Shown: positions 9,602 through 21,700, numbered from the stretch's first letter. The stretch: DNA of 32,000 bases from Pseudomonas aeruginosa (GCF_001457615.1 NZ_LN831024.1:6210001-6242000); one strand, 5' to 3'. Program-made: numbers and translations. The notes: a model not told the origin generated them from the letters alone.

Positions 9602-10831
9602 TCAGGCGAAGAACCAGTAGCACACGGCGATGGAGGCGATGACCCCGGCCAGGTCCGCGGTCAGCGCGCAGCCCACCGCGTGGCGCGCGCGCTGCAGGCC
9701 GACCGAGCCGAAATAGACGGCGAGCACGTAGAAGGTGGTCTCGGTACTGCCCTGCACGGTGGCGGCGACCAGCGCCGGGAAACTGTCGACGCCGTGGGTC
9801 TGCATGGTCTCCAGCAGCATCGCCCGCGCCGCGCTGCCGGAGAACGGCTTGACCAGCGCGGTGGGCAGCGCCTCGACGAAGCGGCTGTCCCAACCCAGCC
9901 CCTCGACCGCCCAGCGTATCCCGCCGAGTACCACTTCCAGCGCCCCGGAAGCGCGCAACACGCCAACCGCGCAAAGCATTGCGACCAGGTACGGCAACAG
10001 GTTCCTGGCGACGTCGAAACCTTCCTTCGCCCCCTCCACGAAGCTCTCGTAGACCGGCACCTTCTTCAGCGCGCCGACGATCAGGAACAGCACGATCAGG
10101 CTGAACAGCGTCAGGTTGCCCAGCAGCGAGGACAGCTGCGCCAGCGCGGTGGCCGAGAGCGTGCCGAGCACCGCCATGAAGCCGGCCAGCAGCAACGCGC
10201 CGGGGATCAGGTAGGCCAGCACCACCGGGTCCCACAAGCGCAGGCGCTGCATCAGCGCCACCGACAGCAGGCCGGCCAGGGTCGAGGCGCTGGTGGCCAG
10301 GAGGATCGGCAGGAATACCAGGGTCGGATCGGCCGCGCCCTGCTGCGCGCGGTACATGAAGATAGTCACCGGCAGCAGGGTCAGGGACGAGGCGTTGAGC
10401 ACCAGGAAGAGGATCTGCGCATTGCTCGCGGTGGTGCTGCTGGGATTGAGCTCCTGCAACGCCTTCATCGCCTTCAGGCCGATCGGCGTGGCGGCGTTGT
10501 CCAGACCCAGGCCATTGGCGGCGAAGTTCAGGGTGATCAGGCCGATCGCCGGATGCCCCGGCGGCACTTCCGGCATCAGCCGGCGGAACAACGGACCGAG
10601 CAGCACCGCCAGGCGCTCCACCAGCCCGGCCTTCTCGGCGATGCGCAGGAAACCGAGCCAGAGCGTCAGGGTGCCGAACAGCAGGACCATCACCTCGACC
10701 GCCAGCTTGGCCATGGCGAACAGGCTCTCCACCATCGCCGCGAACACCGTCGCATCGCCGCCGATCAACCAGCGCGCCAGCGCACTCGCCGCCGCCACCA
10801 GGAAAAAACCCAACCACAAGCCGTTCAGCAT
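9602..10831 (-). CDS. Nucleoside-recognition / spore maturation (SpmA-SpmB fused)-like membrane protein
   Basis: 409-aa ORF with LITLNFAANGLGLDNAATPIGLKAM (SpmA-like) and STETTFYVLAVYFGSVG (SpmB-like) motifs. Confidence 0.75.
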   Translation of the reverse strand: MLNGLWLGFFLVAAASALARWLIGGDATVFAAMVESLFAMAKLAVEVMVLLFGTLTLWLGFLRIAEKAGLVERLAVLLGPLFRRLMPEVPPGHPAIGLITLNFAANGLGLDNAATPIGLKAMKALQELNPSSTTASNAQILFLVLNASSLTLLPVTIFMYRAQQGAADPTLVFLPILLATSASTLAGLLSVALMQRLRLWDPVVLAYLIPGALLLAGFMAVLGTLSATALAQLSSLLGNLTLFSLIVLFLIVGALKKVPVYESFVEGAKEGFDVARNLLPYLVAMLCAVGVLRASGALEVVLGGIRWAVEGLGWDSRFVEALPTALVKPFSGSAARAMLLETMQTHGVDSFPALVAATVQGSTETTFYVLAVYFGSVGLQRARHAVGCALTADLAGVIASIAVCYWFFA

Positions 10832-10935
10832 TCAGAATCCCCCGCGTTGCGCGGATGATAGCGGCGCAGGCGGTGCCGGCGCCAGAAACGCCGAGGCCCC
10901 GGACGATGCCGGGGCCTCCTGGGCGGGAAGCCGCC

Positions 10936-12270
10936 TTATTCGAGGGTGGCCTGCTTGCCCTTGGCTTCGCCGACCGCCTGCCGCAGGTGCGGCAGCGAAT
11001 CCCAGTAGCGCTGGCCCTTGGCCGCGTCGTACATGCCTTCCCACTTGGAGATGACCAGCACCGCGAGGGCATTGCCGATCACGTTGAGGGCGGTGCGCGC
11101 CATGTCCATGATGCGGTCCACGCCGGCGATGAAGGCCAGGCCCTCGAGCGGGATGCCGACGCTGCCCAGGGTGGCGAGCAGCACCACGAAGGATACGCCC
11201 GGCACGCCGGCGATACCCTTGGAGGTCACCATCAGGGTCAGCACCAGCATGATCTGCTGGCCGATGGACAGGTCGATGCCGTAAAGCTGCGCGATGAAGA
11301 TCGCCGCGATGCTCTGGTACAGGGTCGAGCCATCGAGGTTGAAGGAGTAGCCGGTGGGCACCACGAAGCTGCTGATCGCCTTCGGCGCGCCGTAGGCTTC
11401 CATTTTCTCGATGATGCGCGGCAGCACGGTTTCCGAGCTGGCGGTGGAATAGGCGAGGACCAGGTCGTCCTTGAAGATGCGGATCAGGCGCATGATCGAG
11501 AAGCCGAACATCCGCGCGATCAGGCCCAGCACCACCAGGGCGAAGAAGACGATGGCCACGTAGACCAGGATCACCAGCTTGGCCAGCGGCAGCAGCGAGG
11601 CGAAGCCGAAGTTGGCGACGGTCACCGCGATCAGGGCGAAGACACCGATAGGGGCGTACTTCATGATCATGTGGGTGACCTTGAACATGGTCTCGGAAAC
11701 GCCCTGGAACACCTTCACCAGCGGCTCGCGCAGGTCGTTGGGCAGGCTCGACAGGCCGAGGCCGAACATCACCGAGAAGAAGATGATCGGCAGCATCTCG
11801 CCACGGGCGATGGCGGCGAAGACGTTGGAGGGAATCAGGTTGAGGATGGTCGCGATGAACGCATGGTCATGCTGCACTTCCTGGGTGGTCTTCTGGTACT
11901 GGGAAATGTCCACGGTACCCAGGGTGCTCATGTCGATGCCGGTGCCGGGCTGGAACAGGTTGGCCAGCAGCAGGCCGACGACGATGGCGACGGTGGTGAC
12001 GATCTCGAAGTAGATGATGGTCTTCAGGCCGATGCGGCCAAGCTTCTTCGCGTCGCCGACGCCGGCGATGCCGACCACCAGCGAGGAAATCACGATCGGC
12101 ACCACGATCATCTTGATCAGACGGATGAAGATGTCGCCGGCCGGTTGCAGCACGTTGGCGATCCACCAGGCCTTTTCGGCGCTGAAATGGTTGAGCACTG
12201 CGCCGACGGCGATACCGAGTGCCAGACCGATCACGATCTGCCAGGCGAGGCTTAGCTTGGCTTTACCCAT
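10936..12270 (-). CDS. gltP: Proton/glutamate symporter, DAACS family
   Basis: 444-aa ORF; motifs AYSTASSETVLPR, PTGYSFNLDGSTLYQ, MLVLTLMVTSKGIAGVPG. Confidence 0.9.
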   Translation of the reverse strand: MGKAKLSLAWQIVIGLALGIAVGAVLNHFSAEKAWWIANVLQPAGDIFIRLIKMIVVPIVISSLVVGIAGVGDAKKLGRIGLKTIIYFEIVTTVAIVVGLLLANLFQPGTGIDMSTLGTVDISQYQKTTQEVQHDHAFIATILNLIPSNVFAAIARGEMLPIIFFSVMFGLGLSSLPNDLREPLVKVFQGVSETMFKVTHMIMKYAPIGVFALIAVTVANFGFASLLPLAKLVILVYVAIVFFALVVLGLIARMFGFSIMRLIRIFKDDLVLAYSTASSETVLPRIIEKMEAYGAPKAISSFVVPTGYSFNLDGSTLYQSIAAIFIAQLYGIDLSIGQQIMLVLTLMVTSKGIAGVPGVSFVVLLATLGSVGIPLEGLAFIAGVDRIMDMARTALNVIGNALAVLVISKWEGMYDAAKGQRYWDSLPHLRQAVGEAKGKQATLE

Positions 12271-12757
12271 GTTTCGTCACCCTTAATTCTTGTGGAAGTC
12301 GGGAGTCGCTCCAACGGGAGAGTCGCTCCCGACAGGCGAAAGGGCGCAATGATTCATGCGCTCCCCTACCCCGTCTAATGCCGTAAGTGACTGCCCCATG
12401 CCGAATCGGCATGAGAAATCACTAATGAAACGTCCGTCCCACAGGAGATTGCCCTTGATTTTCGTACAAGAACAGGGAGCGGAAGGCACTCCGTGCAAGG
12501 CCCGGGAGCCTCGTGCCCATCCTGGGAAGTTGAAAGTCGCTCATCATCGCTGCGATGGATGGTCGCAGGACACGCAAGGCCGTCCGGCACGCCATCGCCG
12601 GCTGTGGATAAGCGGCATTCTGTGGATAACCGCGCGGTAAAGCCCTTCTGGGAGGGCGCCTCGGAACGCGCGGGCGGTCGATTGTAAAACGACTCCGCCA
12701 TCCACAGGCATTGATCGATATCAGGGAAGTTCGCGGAGTATCGCTGCGGAAGCCGAC

Positions 12758-12777
12758 GCTCCGCCGGACGGCGGAGC
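12758..12777. repeat. Perfect 8-bp inverted repeat GCTCCGCC-GGAC-GGCGGAGC (extends to 12754-12781 with one mismatch)
   Basis: Read directly from sequence in the gltP-ivy intergenic region. Confidence 0.8.
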
Positions 12778-12802
12778 ATCGTACCCCTTCTATATATAGA
12801 AG

Positions 12803-12850
12803 CGCGCCGGAAGGCAGCGAGACATCGGTGGCTCCCCTCCGGCGCGTTTT
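12803..12850 (+). terminator. Terminator-like inverted repeat CGCGCCGGA...TCCGGCGCG followed by TTTT
   Basis: 9-bp arms at 12803-12811 and 12838-12846, then TTTT at 12847-12850; the U tract is short. Confidence 0.4.
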
Positions 12851-12982
12851 CGCCTGGCCCGACCCCGAAGGAGGTACTCCCTGTACCCCTGGAACCCGCC
12901 GGATCGACCTCACCCAGCGCATCCCGGTCCCCTGGCCATGCCCCGCTGCGGGCGGGGCGGTGTCACGCAAGCCCGTTCCGCC

Positions 12983-13450
12983 TCAGTACCAGTTCGGATC
13001 GGCCTTGAGTTGTTCGTCGAGGATCTTCTGTACCGCCGGTTCCGGCTTGCCCAGCCAGCGGAAGCTGGCGTGCTTGCTCGGCGACTTGTCCTGCGGCAGC
13101 CCTTCAGGCACCTGCACGTAGAGCCCGTAGGCATGACTCTTGTCCCAATCGAAGGCGACCAGCAGGCGCTGGCCCTTGCAATCGGACTTCTCGCAGAGAC
13201 CGCCAACCAGATACTTGTCGCCCTGGTCGTCGACGGCATGCATCGGCGTAGCGGTTCCCGAGAGATTCATCACCCAGTCGGGCAAGCGGCTCTCGTCTTC
13301 CACCAGGTTCTGCCAGGCCTTGCGGTATCCGGCATCGGTGCTCTGCAGTTCGTTCAAGCGGTATTCGCCGTCCCTGTCGGCCGCCACCGCCAGCGAACTG
13401 GCGGCGGCACCGAGCAGCAGTGCGTTCATCAGGTTACGCATGAGTCGCAT
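12983..13450 (-). CDS. Ivy family (inhibitor of vertebrate lysozyme)-like periplasmic protein
   Basis: 155-aa ORF with signal peptide NLMNALLLGAAASSLAVAA and Ivy-like core GGLCEKSDCKGQRLLVAFDWDKSHAYGLYVQV...FRWLGKPEPAVQKILDEQL. Confidence 0.8.
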   Translation of the reverse strand: MRLMRNLMNALLLGAAASSLAVAADRDGEYRLNELQSTDAGYRKAWQNLVEDESRLPDWVMNLSGTATPMHAVDDQGDKYLVGGLCEKSDCKGQRLLVAFDWDKSHAYGLYVQVPEGLPQDKSPSKHASFRWLGKPEPAVQKILDEQLKADPNWY

Positions 13451-13471
13451 CGCTTTCTCCTTGGCATCCGG

Positions 13472-13797
<326 letters not shown>

Positions 13798-14108
13798 AAT
13801 AAGTTATAAAACAACCCAGGTAGTCTGCGCAGTTCATCCTGCACGACGCGACAAATTATTCCGGGCGTTTTGCACGATCGGCGCGGTACGCTGTCACATG
13901 CAACAGGGAAGCGACCCGGCACCTGCTACCCGGAGCCATCCGTGGAGCCGCCACGGCTTCCCGAAAACCCAAGAACAGACATCGGCGGGTTGCACGCCGC
14001 CCTGGCCGCCCGGATGGGCGGCGGGGCGCTCTGCAACTTGCATGGGCTTTCCGGGGACTAACCCAGAAGCCGAATGGCAGTGAATTCCCTAGAGGATAAA
14101 AAGCAACG

Positions 14109-15454
<1,346 letters not shown>

Positions 15455-15458
<4 letters not shown>

Positions 15459-17242
15459 GCATGCCGCTGCCGATGAAGCTCCGGACCCGGTTGTTCCTCA
15501 GCATTTCCGCGCTGATCACCGTCTCGCTGTTCGGCCTGCTGCTCGGGCTGTTCAGCGTGATGCAGCTCGGCCGCGCCCAGGAACAACGGATGTCGCACCA
15601 CTACGCGACCATCGAGGTGAGCCAGCAACTGCGCCAGTTGCTCGGCGACCAGTTGGTCATACTGCTCCGCGAAACCCCCGACGGGCAGGCCCTGGAGCGC
15701 TCGCAAAACGACTTCCGACGAGTCCTGGAACAGGGCCGGGCGAATACCGTCGACAGCGCCGAGCAGGCCGCCCTGGATGGCGTCCGCGACGCCTACCTGC
15801 AACTGCAGGCGCACACCCCGGCCCTGCTCGAGGCGCCCATGGCCGACAACGACGGCTTCAGCGAAGCCTTCAATGGCCTGCGCCTGCGCCTGCAGGACCT
15901 GCAGCAACTGGCGCTGGCCGGCATCAGCGACGCCGAGACCAGCGCCCGCCATCGTGCCTACCTGGTCGCCGGCCTGCTTGGCCTGGTGGGCGTCGCCATC
16001 CTGCTGATCGGTTTCGTCACCGCCCACAGCATCGCCCGGCGCTTCGGCGCGCCGATCGAAACCCTGGCGCGGGCGGCGGACAGGATCGGCGAAGGCGATT
16101 TCGACGTGACCCTGCCGATGACCAACGTCGCCGAGGTCGGCCAGTTGACCCGGCGTTTCGGCCTGATGGCCGAGGCCCTGCGGCAGTATCGCAAGACCAG
16201 CGTCGAAGAGGTGCTTTCCGGCGAGCGGCGCCTGCAGGCGGTACTCGACAGCATCGACGACGGCCTGGTGATCTTCGACAACCAGGGACGCATCGAACAC
16301 GCCAACCCGGTCGCGATCCGCCAGCTGTTCGTCTCCAACGACCCCCATGGCAAGCGGATCGACGAAATACTCAGCGATGTCGATGTCCAGGAGGCGGTGG
16401 AAAAGGCCCTGCTCGGCGAAGTCCAGGACGAGGCGATGCCCGACCTGGTGGTGGACGTCGCCGGCGAGTCGCGCCTGCTGGCCTGGTCGCTGTATCCGGT
16501 CACCCATCCCGGCGGGCATAGCGTCGGCGCGGTGCTGGTGGTCCGCGACGTGACCGAGCAGCGCGCCTTCGAACGGGTCCGCAGCGAATTCGTCCTGCGC
16601 GCCTCCCACGAACTGCGCACGCCGGTGACCGGCATGCAGATGGCCTTCAGCCTGCTCCGCGAACGCCTGGACTTCCCCGCTGAGTCGCGGGAAGCGGACC
16701 TGATCCAGACGGTGGACGAAGAGATGTCGCGGCTGGTCCTGCTGATCAACGACCTGTTGAACTTCTCGCGCTACCAGACCGGCATGCAGAAGCTCGAACT
16801 GGCTTCCTGCGACCTCGTCGACCTGCTCACCCAGGCGCAGCAGCGTTTCATTCCCAAGGGCGAGGCCCGCCGGGTCTCGCTGCAACTGGAGCTGGGCGAT
16901 GAGCTGCCGCGCCTGCAGCTCGATCGCCTGCAGATCGAGCGGGTGATCGACAACCTGCTGGAAAACGCCCTGCGCCATAGCAGCGAAGGCGGGCAGATCC
17001 ACCTGCAGGCCCGGCGCCAGGGCGACCGGGTGCTGATCGCGGTGGAAGACAATGGCGAAGGCATTCCCTTCAGCCAGCAAGGACGGATCTTCGAGCCTTT
17101 CGTCCAGGTCGGACGCAAGAAGGGCGGCGCCGGCCTCGGCCTGGCGCTGTGCAAGGAAATCATCCAACTGCATGGCGGGCGCATCGCGGTGCGCTCGCAA
17201 CCGGGCCAGGGCGCGCGCTTCTACATGCTGCTGCCAGTGTGA
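15455..17242 (+). CDS. kinB: Sensor histidine kinase KinB
   Basis: 595-aa ORF; TM, periplasmic domain, TM, HAMP, H-box RASHELRTPVTG, HATPase. ATG overlaps the algB TGA (ATGA at 15455-15458). Confidence 0.95.
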
Positions 17243-17276
17243 CCGGGGCCGCTCCCGGCAGGCTTTTCCACAGGCC

Positions 17277-18056
17277 TCAGGAAGTCGGCACCGCCAGCAG
17301 CAGGGCGGCGGTTTCCAGGTCCGGCTCGCCATCGAAGCGGGCCGGACGGTATTTCATCTGGAAAGCGCCGATGACGTCGCGGGTGTCCTTCTCCAGCTCG
17401 CCGGTCTGCGGCACCAGGTAACCGTGCCGCGCCAACTGCTGCTGGAACCAGCGCACATCCGGCAGCTGGCCGTTCAGTTCGGCGAGCCGGCGCGCCAATT
17501 CGCCGGGCTTCGGCCAGGGCACCAGGCCGGCGTCGGCGAGGCGCTTCCAGGGGAACAGCGGACCCGGATCGACCTTGCGGCCCGGCGCGATATCGCTGTG
17601 TCCGATGATCCGGTCCGGGGTGATGCCGTGGCGCTTGGCGATGTCCTTCAGCAGGGGGATCAGCGCCTGGATCTGCGCTTCGCTGAACGGATACCAGACC
17701 CGCCCCTGGGGTGTATCGCGATAGCCCTGGTTGACGATCTCGATGCCGATCGAGGTGGCGTTCAGCCAGGTCCGGCCCTGCCATTCACTGACCCCGGCGT
17801 GCCAGGCGCGGCGGTTCTCATCCACCAGGCGGTAGACGGTGGCCGGCTCGTCGTCGCCGATCAGGTAGTGCGCGCTGACGCCGCCGTGGGTGAGGATGCC
17901 CAGCGAATGCGGCAGATCGGTGGAGGTGTAGTGGAGGACGATGAACTGGACGCGGCTGTCCTGGTTCGCCGAGGTGTAGTCGGTGTTCAGGCGCGGGCCG
18001 CTGGAGCAGCCGGCCAGCAGCGACAGGGTGAAAGCCAGTAGAACGAACGAACGCAT
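17277..18056 (-). CDS. ampDh2: N-acetylmuramoyl-L-alanine amidase, lipoprotein AmpD homologue
   Basis: Lipobox LLAGCSSG; amidase_2 motifs FIVLHYTST, GGVSAHYLIG, IIGHSDIAPGRKVDPGP; located next to kinB. Confidence 0.9.
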   Translation of the reverse strand: MRSFVLLAFTLSLLAGCSSGPRLNTDYTSANQDSRVQFIVLHYTSTDLPHSLGILTHGGVSAHYLIGDDEPATVYRLVDENRRAWHAGVSEWQGRTWLNATSIGIEIVNQGYRDTPQGRVWYPFSEAQIQALIPLLKDIAKRHGITPDRIIGHSDIAPGRKVDPGPLFPWKRLADAGLVPWPKPGELARRLAELNGQLPDVRWFQQQLARHGYLVPQTGELEKDTRDVIGAFQMKYRPARFDGEPDLETAALLLAVPTS

Positions 18057-18083
18057 GATGACTCCGAAAGATAGGCAGCGTGG

Positions 18084-18677
18084 TCAGGCGGCGATGTGCA
18101 ACACGCTGCGCAGGTTGTCCAACAGCATATCGACGCTGAGCATGATCAGCAGCATGCCGGCCAGCCGCTCGATGGCGGTCAGCCCGCGCGGGCCGAGGAA
18201 ACGCTGGAGGAACGCCGCCTGCAGCAGGATCAGCGCAGTAGCGGCCCAGGCCAGCACCACCGCCAGGTAAAGCTCCCACAGCGGACCGTCGAAGGTGGTG
18301 CGCAGGGTGATCAGCATCGCCAGCGCCGAGGGCCCGGCCACCGCCGGGGTGGCCAGGGGTACCAGCAGCGGCTCGCCGTCGGGCACTTCGCCGAGCAGCC
18401 CTTGGGGCGACGGGAAGATCAGGCGCATGGCGATCACGAACAGGATGATGCCACCCGCGATCCCGGTCGCCTCGCGGGACAGGCCGAGGCCGCTGAGGAT
18501 GTGCTCGCCGAGGGTGAGGAAGAGCAGCAGCAGGCCCAGGGCGAAGGCCAGCTCGCGAAACGCCACGCGCAGGCGGCGCCCAAGTGCGACGCCTTTCAGC
18601 GCGGCGAGGAACACGGCGATGTTGCCGAAGGGGTCGGTGACCAGAAAGATCAGGACGGCGACGCCGAACATATCCAT
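18084..18677 (-). CDS. MarC/UPF0056 family integral membrane protein
   Basis: MDMFGVAVLIFLVTDPFGNIAVFLAALKG, REATGIAGGIILFVIAMRLIFP, PLATPAVAGPSALAMLITL motifs. Confidence 0.88.
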   Translation of the reverse strand: MDMFGVAVLIFLVTDPFGNIAVFLAALKGVALGRRLRVAFRELAFALGLLLLFLTLGEHILSGLGLSREATGIAGGIILFVIAMRLIFPSPQGLLGEVPDGEPLLVPLATPAVAGPSALAMLITLRTTFDGPLWELYLAVVLAWAATALILLQAAFLQRFLGPRGLTAIERLAGMLLIMLSVDMLLDNLRSVLHIAA

Positions 18678-18794
18678 GGGAGTTTCCAGAGCGGGACAGC
18701 CGGTCATTCTACCGGGCGGGACCATTCTAGCGAGCCGCGGCAACACCTGCAGGCGAGCCCGTCCCGAGTCGTCGGAATGTGCGCTGGTCGCCCT

Positions 18795-20810
18795 TCAGGC
18801 CACTTCCAGGCGGTCCCGGCCGGCGCGCTTGGCTCGATACAGCGCCTGGTCGGCACGCTCGAAAACCGCTTCGCCGGCCTCGTTGCCTTCGAACGCGGTG
18901 ATGCCGGCGGAACAGGTGATGCTCAGGGGCTCGCCCTTGAAATGGAACGGACAGGCGGCGATCGCCGCGCGCAGCCGTTCGAGCAGTTGCCGGCCGGCTT
19001 CCAGGGACGTGGCCGGGAGCAGGACGACGAACTCCTCGCCGCCGAAACGGGCGATGAAATCGGCCTGGCGCAACCGTTTGCGCAATTCGCCGGCAATGAT
19101 CTTCAGCACCTTGTCCCCGGCCAGGTGGCCGAAGTCGTCGTTGATCCGCTTGAAGTGGTCGATGTCCAGCACCGCCAGCAGCAGATCGCCGCCGTCCCGG
19201 TGCCGGCGCGCCACTTCCTGTTCCAGGCGCTCGCTGAGCGCCGCGCGGTTGGGCAGGCCGGTCAGCGGATCGGTCAGGGCTTTCTGTCGCTGGTCCTCCA
19301 GGTGGCTGTGGAACGCCTTGGCATCCTGCTCCATGCTGTTGACCCGCTCCATCAGCGCCTGCAGGCGGCCGGACACCTCCTGTTCGTGCTCGGCCTGTTC
19401 GCGCTGGTGTTCGTCCATGGAGGCAAGCAGGCCGTTCAGCCGGCTGTCCACCGCCAGCTTGAGGCTGTTCAGGTCGGTCGCCTGCTGCACGCTGGCCTGC
19501 AGGCCACTGACCTGCTCACGCAGCGATTGGTCGAAGCCGCGCGCGTTGTCCAGCACGTCGGTATAGCCGGCGTGGGCGTCGCCCAGGTGGCCGAGGAAGC
19601 TTTCCAGGCGCTCGTTGAGTTGCCGCAGGTATTCCTCGAAGTCGCGCTGGCCACTGTCCGCCAGGGACAGCACCAGCACCGCCAGGTCGTCGAGTACCGG
19701 CACCAGCTCATACCAGTTCAGGCTGCCATCGATCCGCTCCCGCAGCGCCTCGGCCTGGGGCTGGTGGCTGCTCGGCAGGGACAGGCCGTCGAGCAGCCGC
19801 AGCAGGCTGGCCTCGATGTGCGGCGCCACCGCGCTGTAGCCGGGCTCCGGTATCGGCGGCGGCAGTTCGTAGGCCTCGTCTACCGCCTGCCCGTCGAGGT
19901 TATCCACAGGAGTGGCCGGAGCTTCGGGCGCGCTTTCAACGTCCGCCGGCATTGCGGGCGACGGCTCCGCACCCGCTTCTTCCAGCGTCTCGCTAAAGCT
20001 CAGGCCGGCCGGTAGCGGCAGGCTGTCGAGCCAGATTTCCCGGGGCTCATCCAGCAGGATCTGGTTCGGCTCGCCACGCTCGGCGACCCCGACCCAACCC
20101 GCTGGCGCGCTTTCGATGGCGGCGACCGTGCGGGCGGGCAACGGCTGCGGCGGACCGCCTGGCGCCTCGTCGTGCTCGGCGACCGGCAGGGACGGCGCGG
20201 CCGCCGCCGGTTGGATCGGTGTATTGCTTGCCGCCACAACGGACGGCACCGATGCGCTCGGCTCCGCGGTGGTTTCCGACTCCTTGCCGCCGAACAGGCG
20301 TTGCAACAGGCTCGGGCGACCGTCTTCGGCATCGCCGCCCTTGCGCTCGGCCAGCGCCTGGCGTTGCAGCCTGCTCAGCTCGCTGAGCAGGATCGGAATC
20401 TCGCGCGACTGCCGGGCGCGCTCCTCGATATCGCGGGCGAACTGCTTCAGCGGCTTGCGCAGTTCCCGCGGCAGGTCCAGGGCCAGCAACTGCTGGGCCA
20501 GTTCGCCGAGAGCATCGATGTTCTGCTGGGTGCGTTGCTGGCGGCGCTGTTCGGAGTCGAGCACGGCCTTTTCCAGGCGCGGAATCAGGCCCGACAGGCC
20601 GGCGTCCATGTCGTCGCGACGGAGGATCTCGCGCAGCTCCTTCATGCACTGGTCGACCGCCTTGTCGCTGCCTTCGGCCGCCAGACTGCTACGCACCAGG
20701 CCGCGACGCAGCAGGTCGATCCGGGCATCCCAGCGCCGTTGCAGGCGCTCCTGCTGCTCGATGTTCTCCAGGTACTTGTCTTTCCAGCGCTGGACGTCGT
20801 CGCGACTCAT
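18795..20810 (-). CDS. dgcH: Diguanylate cyclase (DgcH-like) with long N-terminal coiled-coil region
   Basis: 671-aa ORF from [20 protein letters not shown]; C-terminal [16 protein letters not shown]...[18 protein letters not shown]...RFGGEEF, with RQAD (RxxD I-site) five residues upstream of GGEEF. Confidence 0.88.
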   Translation of the reverse strand: MSRDDVQRWKDKYLENIEQQERLQRRWDARIDLLRRGLVRSSLAAEGSDKAVDQCMKELREILRRDDMDAGLSGLIPRLEKAVLDSEQRRQQRTQQNIDALGELAQQLLALDLPRELRKPLKQFARDIEERARQSREIPILLSELSRLQRQALAERKGGDAEDGRPSLLQRLFGGKESETTAEPSASVPSVVAASNTPIQPAAAAPSLPVAEHDEAPGGPPQPLPARTVAAIESAPAGWVGVAERGEPNQILLDEPREIWLDSLPLPAGLSFSETLEEAGAEPSPAMPADVESAPEAPATPVDNLDGQAVDEAYELPPPIPEPGYSAVAPHIEASLLRLLDGLSLPSSHQPQAEALRERIDGSLNWYELVPVLDDLAVLVLSLADSGQRDFEEYLRQLNERLESFLGHLGDAHAGYTDVLDNARGFDQSLREQVSGLQASVQQATDLNSLKLAVDSRLNGLLASMDEHQREQAEHEQEVSGRLQALMERVNSMEQDAKAFHSHLEDQRQKALTDPLTGLPNRAALSERLEQEVARRHRDGGDLLLAVLDIDHFKRINDDFGHLAGDKVLKIIAGELRKRLRQADFIARFGGEEFVVLLPATSLEAGRQLLERLRAAIAACPFHFKGEPLSITCSAGITAFEGNEAGEAVFERADQALYRAKRAGRDRLEVA

Positions 20811-21685
20811 GGCGGACTCCCGGCATCCCCGCGCACGACCAAGGCCTTGTCGCGCAGGTTGTCCGGCAGGCGAATCTCCACCGATACCGGCAGATGGTCG
20901 GAGATCGGCTGGTCGAGCACGTCGACCCGCTCGAGAGCGAGATCGGAACTGAGCAGGATGTGATCGAGATTGCGCTGCGGCCGCCAACTGGGAAACGTCG
21001 CCTCGACCTGCGGCGCCATCAGGCCGAGGTCGCGCAGGGGCGAGTTTTCCAGAAGATCGACGGCGTGGGTGTTCATGTCGCCCATCAGCACCTGGTGGCG
21101 GTAGTCGCCGATCAGCTCGCGGATATAGGCGAGCTGGCGGGTGCGGGTGCGAGCGCCGAGAGCGAGATGCATCATCACTACCACCAGCGCGTCGGCGCCT
21201 TCGCCAAAGCGCACGAAGATCGCGCCGCGTCCCGGCGGACCGGGCAACGGATGATCTTCCAGCAGGGTCGGCCGCCAGCGGCTGAGCAGGCCGTTGCTGT
21301 GCTGGGCGATACGCCCGAGGTTGCGGTTGAGCTGCTGGTACCAGTAGGGGAACGCCCCCAACTGGGCCAAGTGCTCGACCTGATTGACGTAGCCGGAACG
21401 CAGGCTGCCGCCGTCGGCTTCCTGGAGGGCGACGAGGTCGTAGTCGGCGAGCAGTTCGCCGATCCGCTTCAGGTTGGTCGCCCGCCCCGCGTGGGGCAGC
21501 AGGTGCTGCCAACCGCGGGTCAGGTAGTGGCGGTAGCGCTCGGTGCTGATACCGACCTGGATGTTGAAGCTGAGAAGGCGCAGGCGGCCGTCGTCGGGCA
21601 GCTCCCGCGAATCGTCACAGGAGGGGTTCACTCGCGGGTCGCAGCTGCCTGCGACCCGAGGTTCACGCTGCCAGCGGCGCAACAT
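20807..21685 (-). CDS. Endonuclease/exonuclease/phosphatase family protein
   Basis: [58 protein letters not shown] motifs. Stop overlaps the cyclase start (ATGA). Confidence 0.87.
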   Translation of the reverse strand: MLRRWQREPRVAGSCDPRVNPSCDDSRELPDDGRLRLLSFNIQVGISTERYRHYLTRGWQHLLPHAGRATNLKRIGELLADYDLVALQEADGGSLRSGYVNQVEHLAQLGAFPYWYQQLNRNLGRIAQHSNGLLSRWRPTLLEDHPLPGPPGRGAIFVRFGEGADALVVVMMHLALGARTRTRQLAYIRELIGDYRHQVLMGDMNTHAVDLLENSPLRDLGLMAPQVEATFPSWRPQRNLDHILLSSDLALERVDVLDQPISDHLPVSVEIRLPDNLRDKALVVRGDAGSPP

Positions 21686-21700
21686 GCCGAATCACCTTGC

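Noticed and set aside
12356-13121. Overlapping ORFs in the gltP-ivy intergenic region (12375..12779 -, 12422..12970 -, 12711..13121 +)
   Set aside because: An annotated hypothetical gene may exist here in some genomes, but none of the frames has a family signature, good SD or coding-like composition that I can defend; hairpins explain the region better.
19900-19908. DnaA box inside dgcH as an individually meaningful site
   Set aside because: A single nonamer inside coding sequence is weak alone; reported only as part of the overall excess.
18096-20015. 639-aa plus-strand ORF opposite the MarC and GGDEF genes
   Set aside because: Spans an intergenic gap and two well supported genes on the other strand; no recognisable domain.
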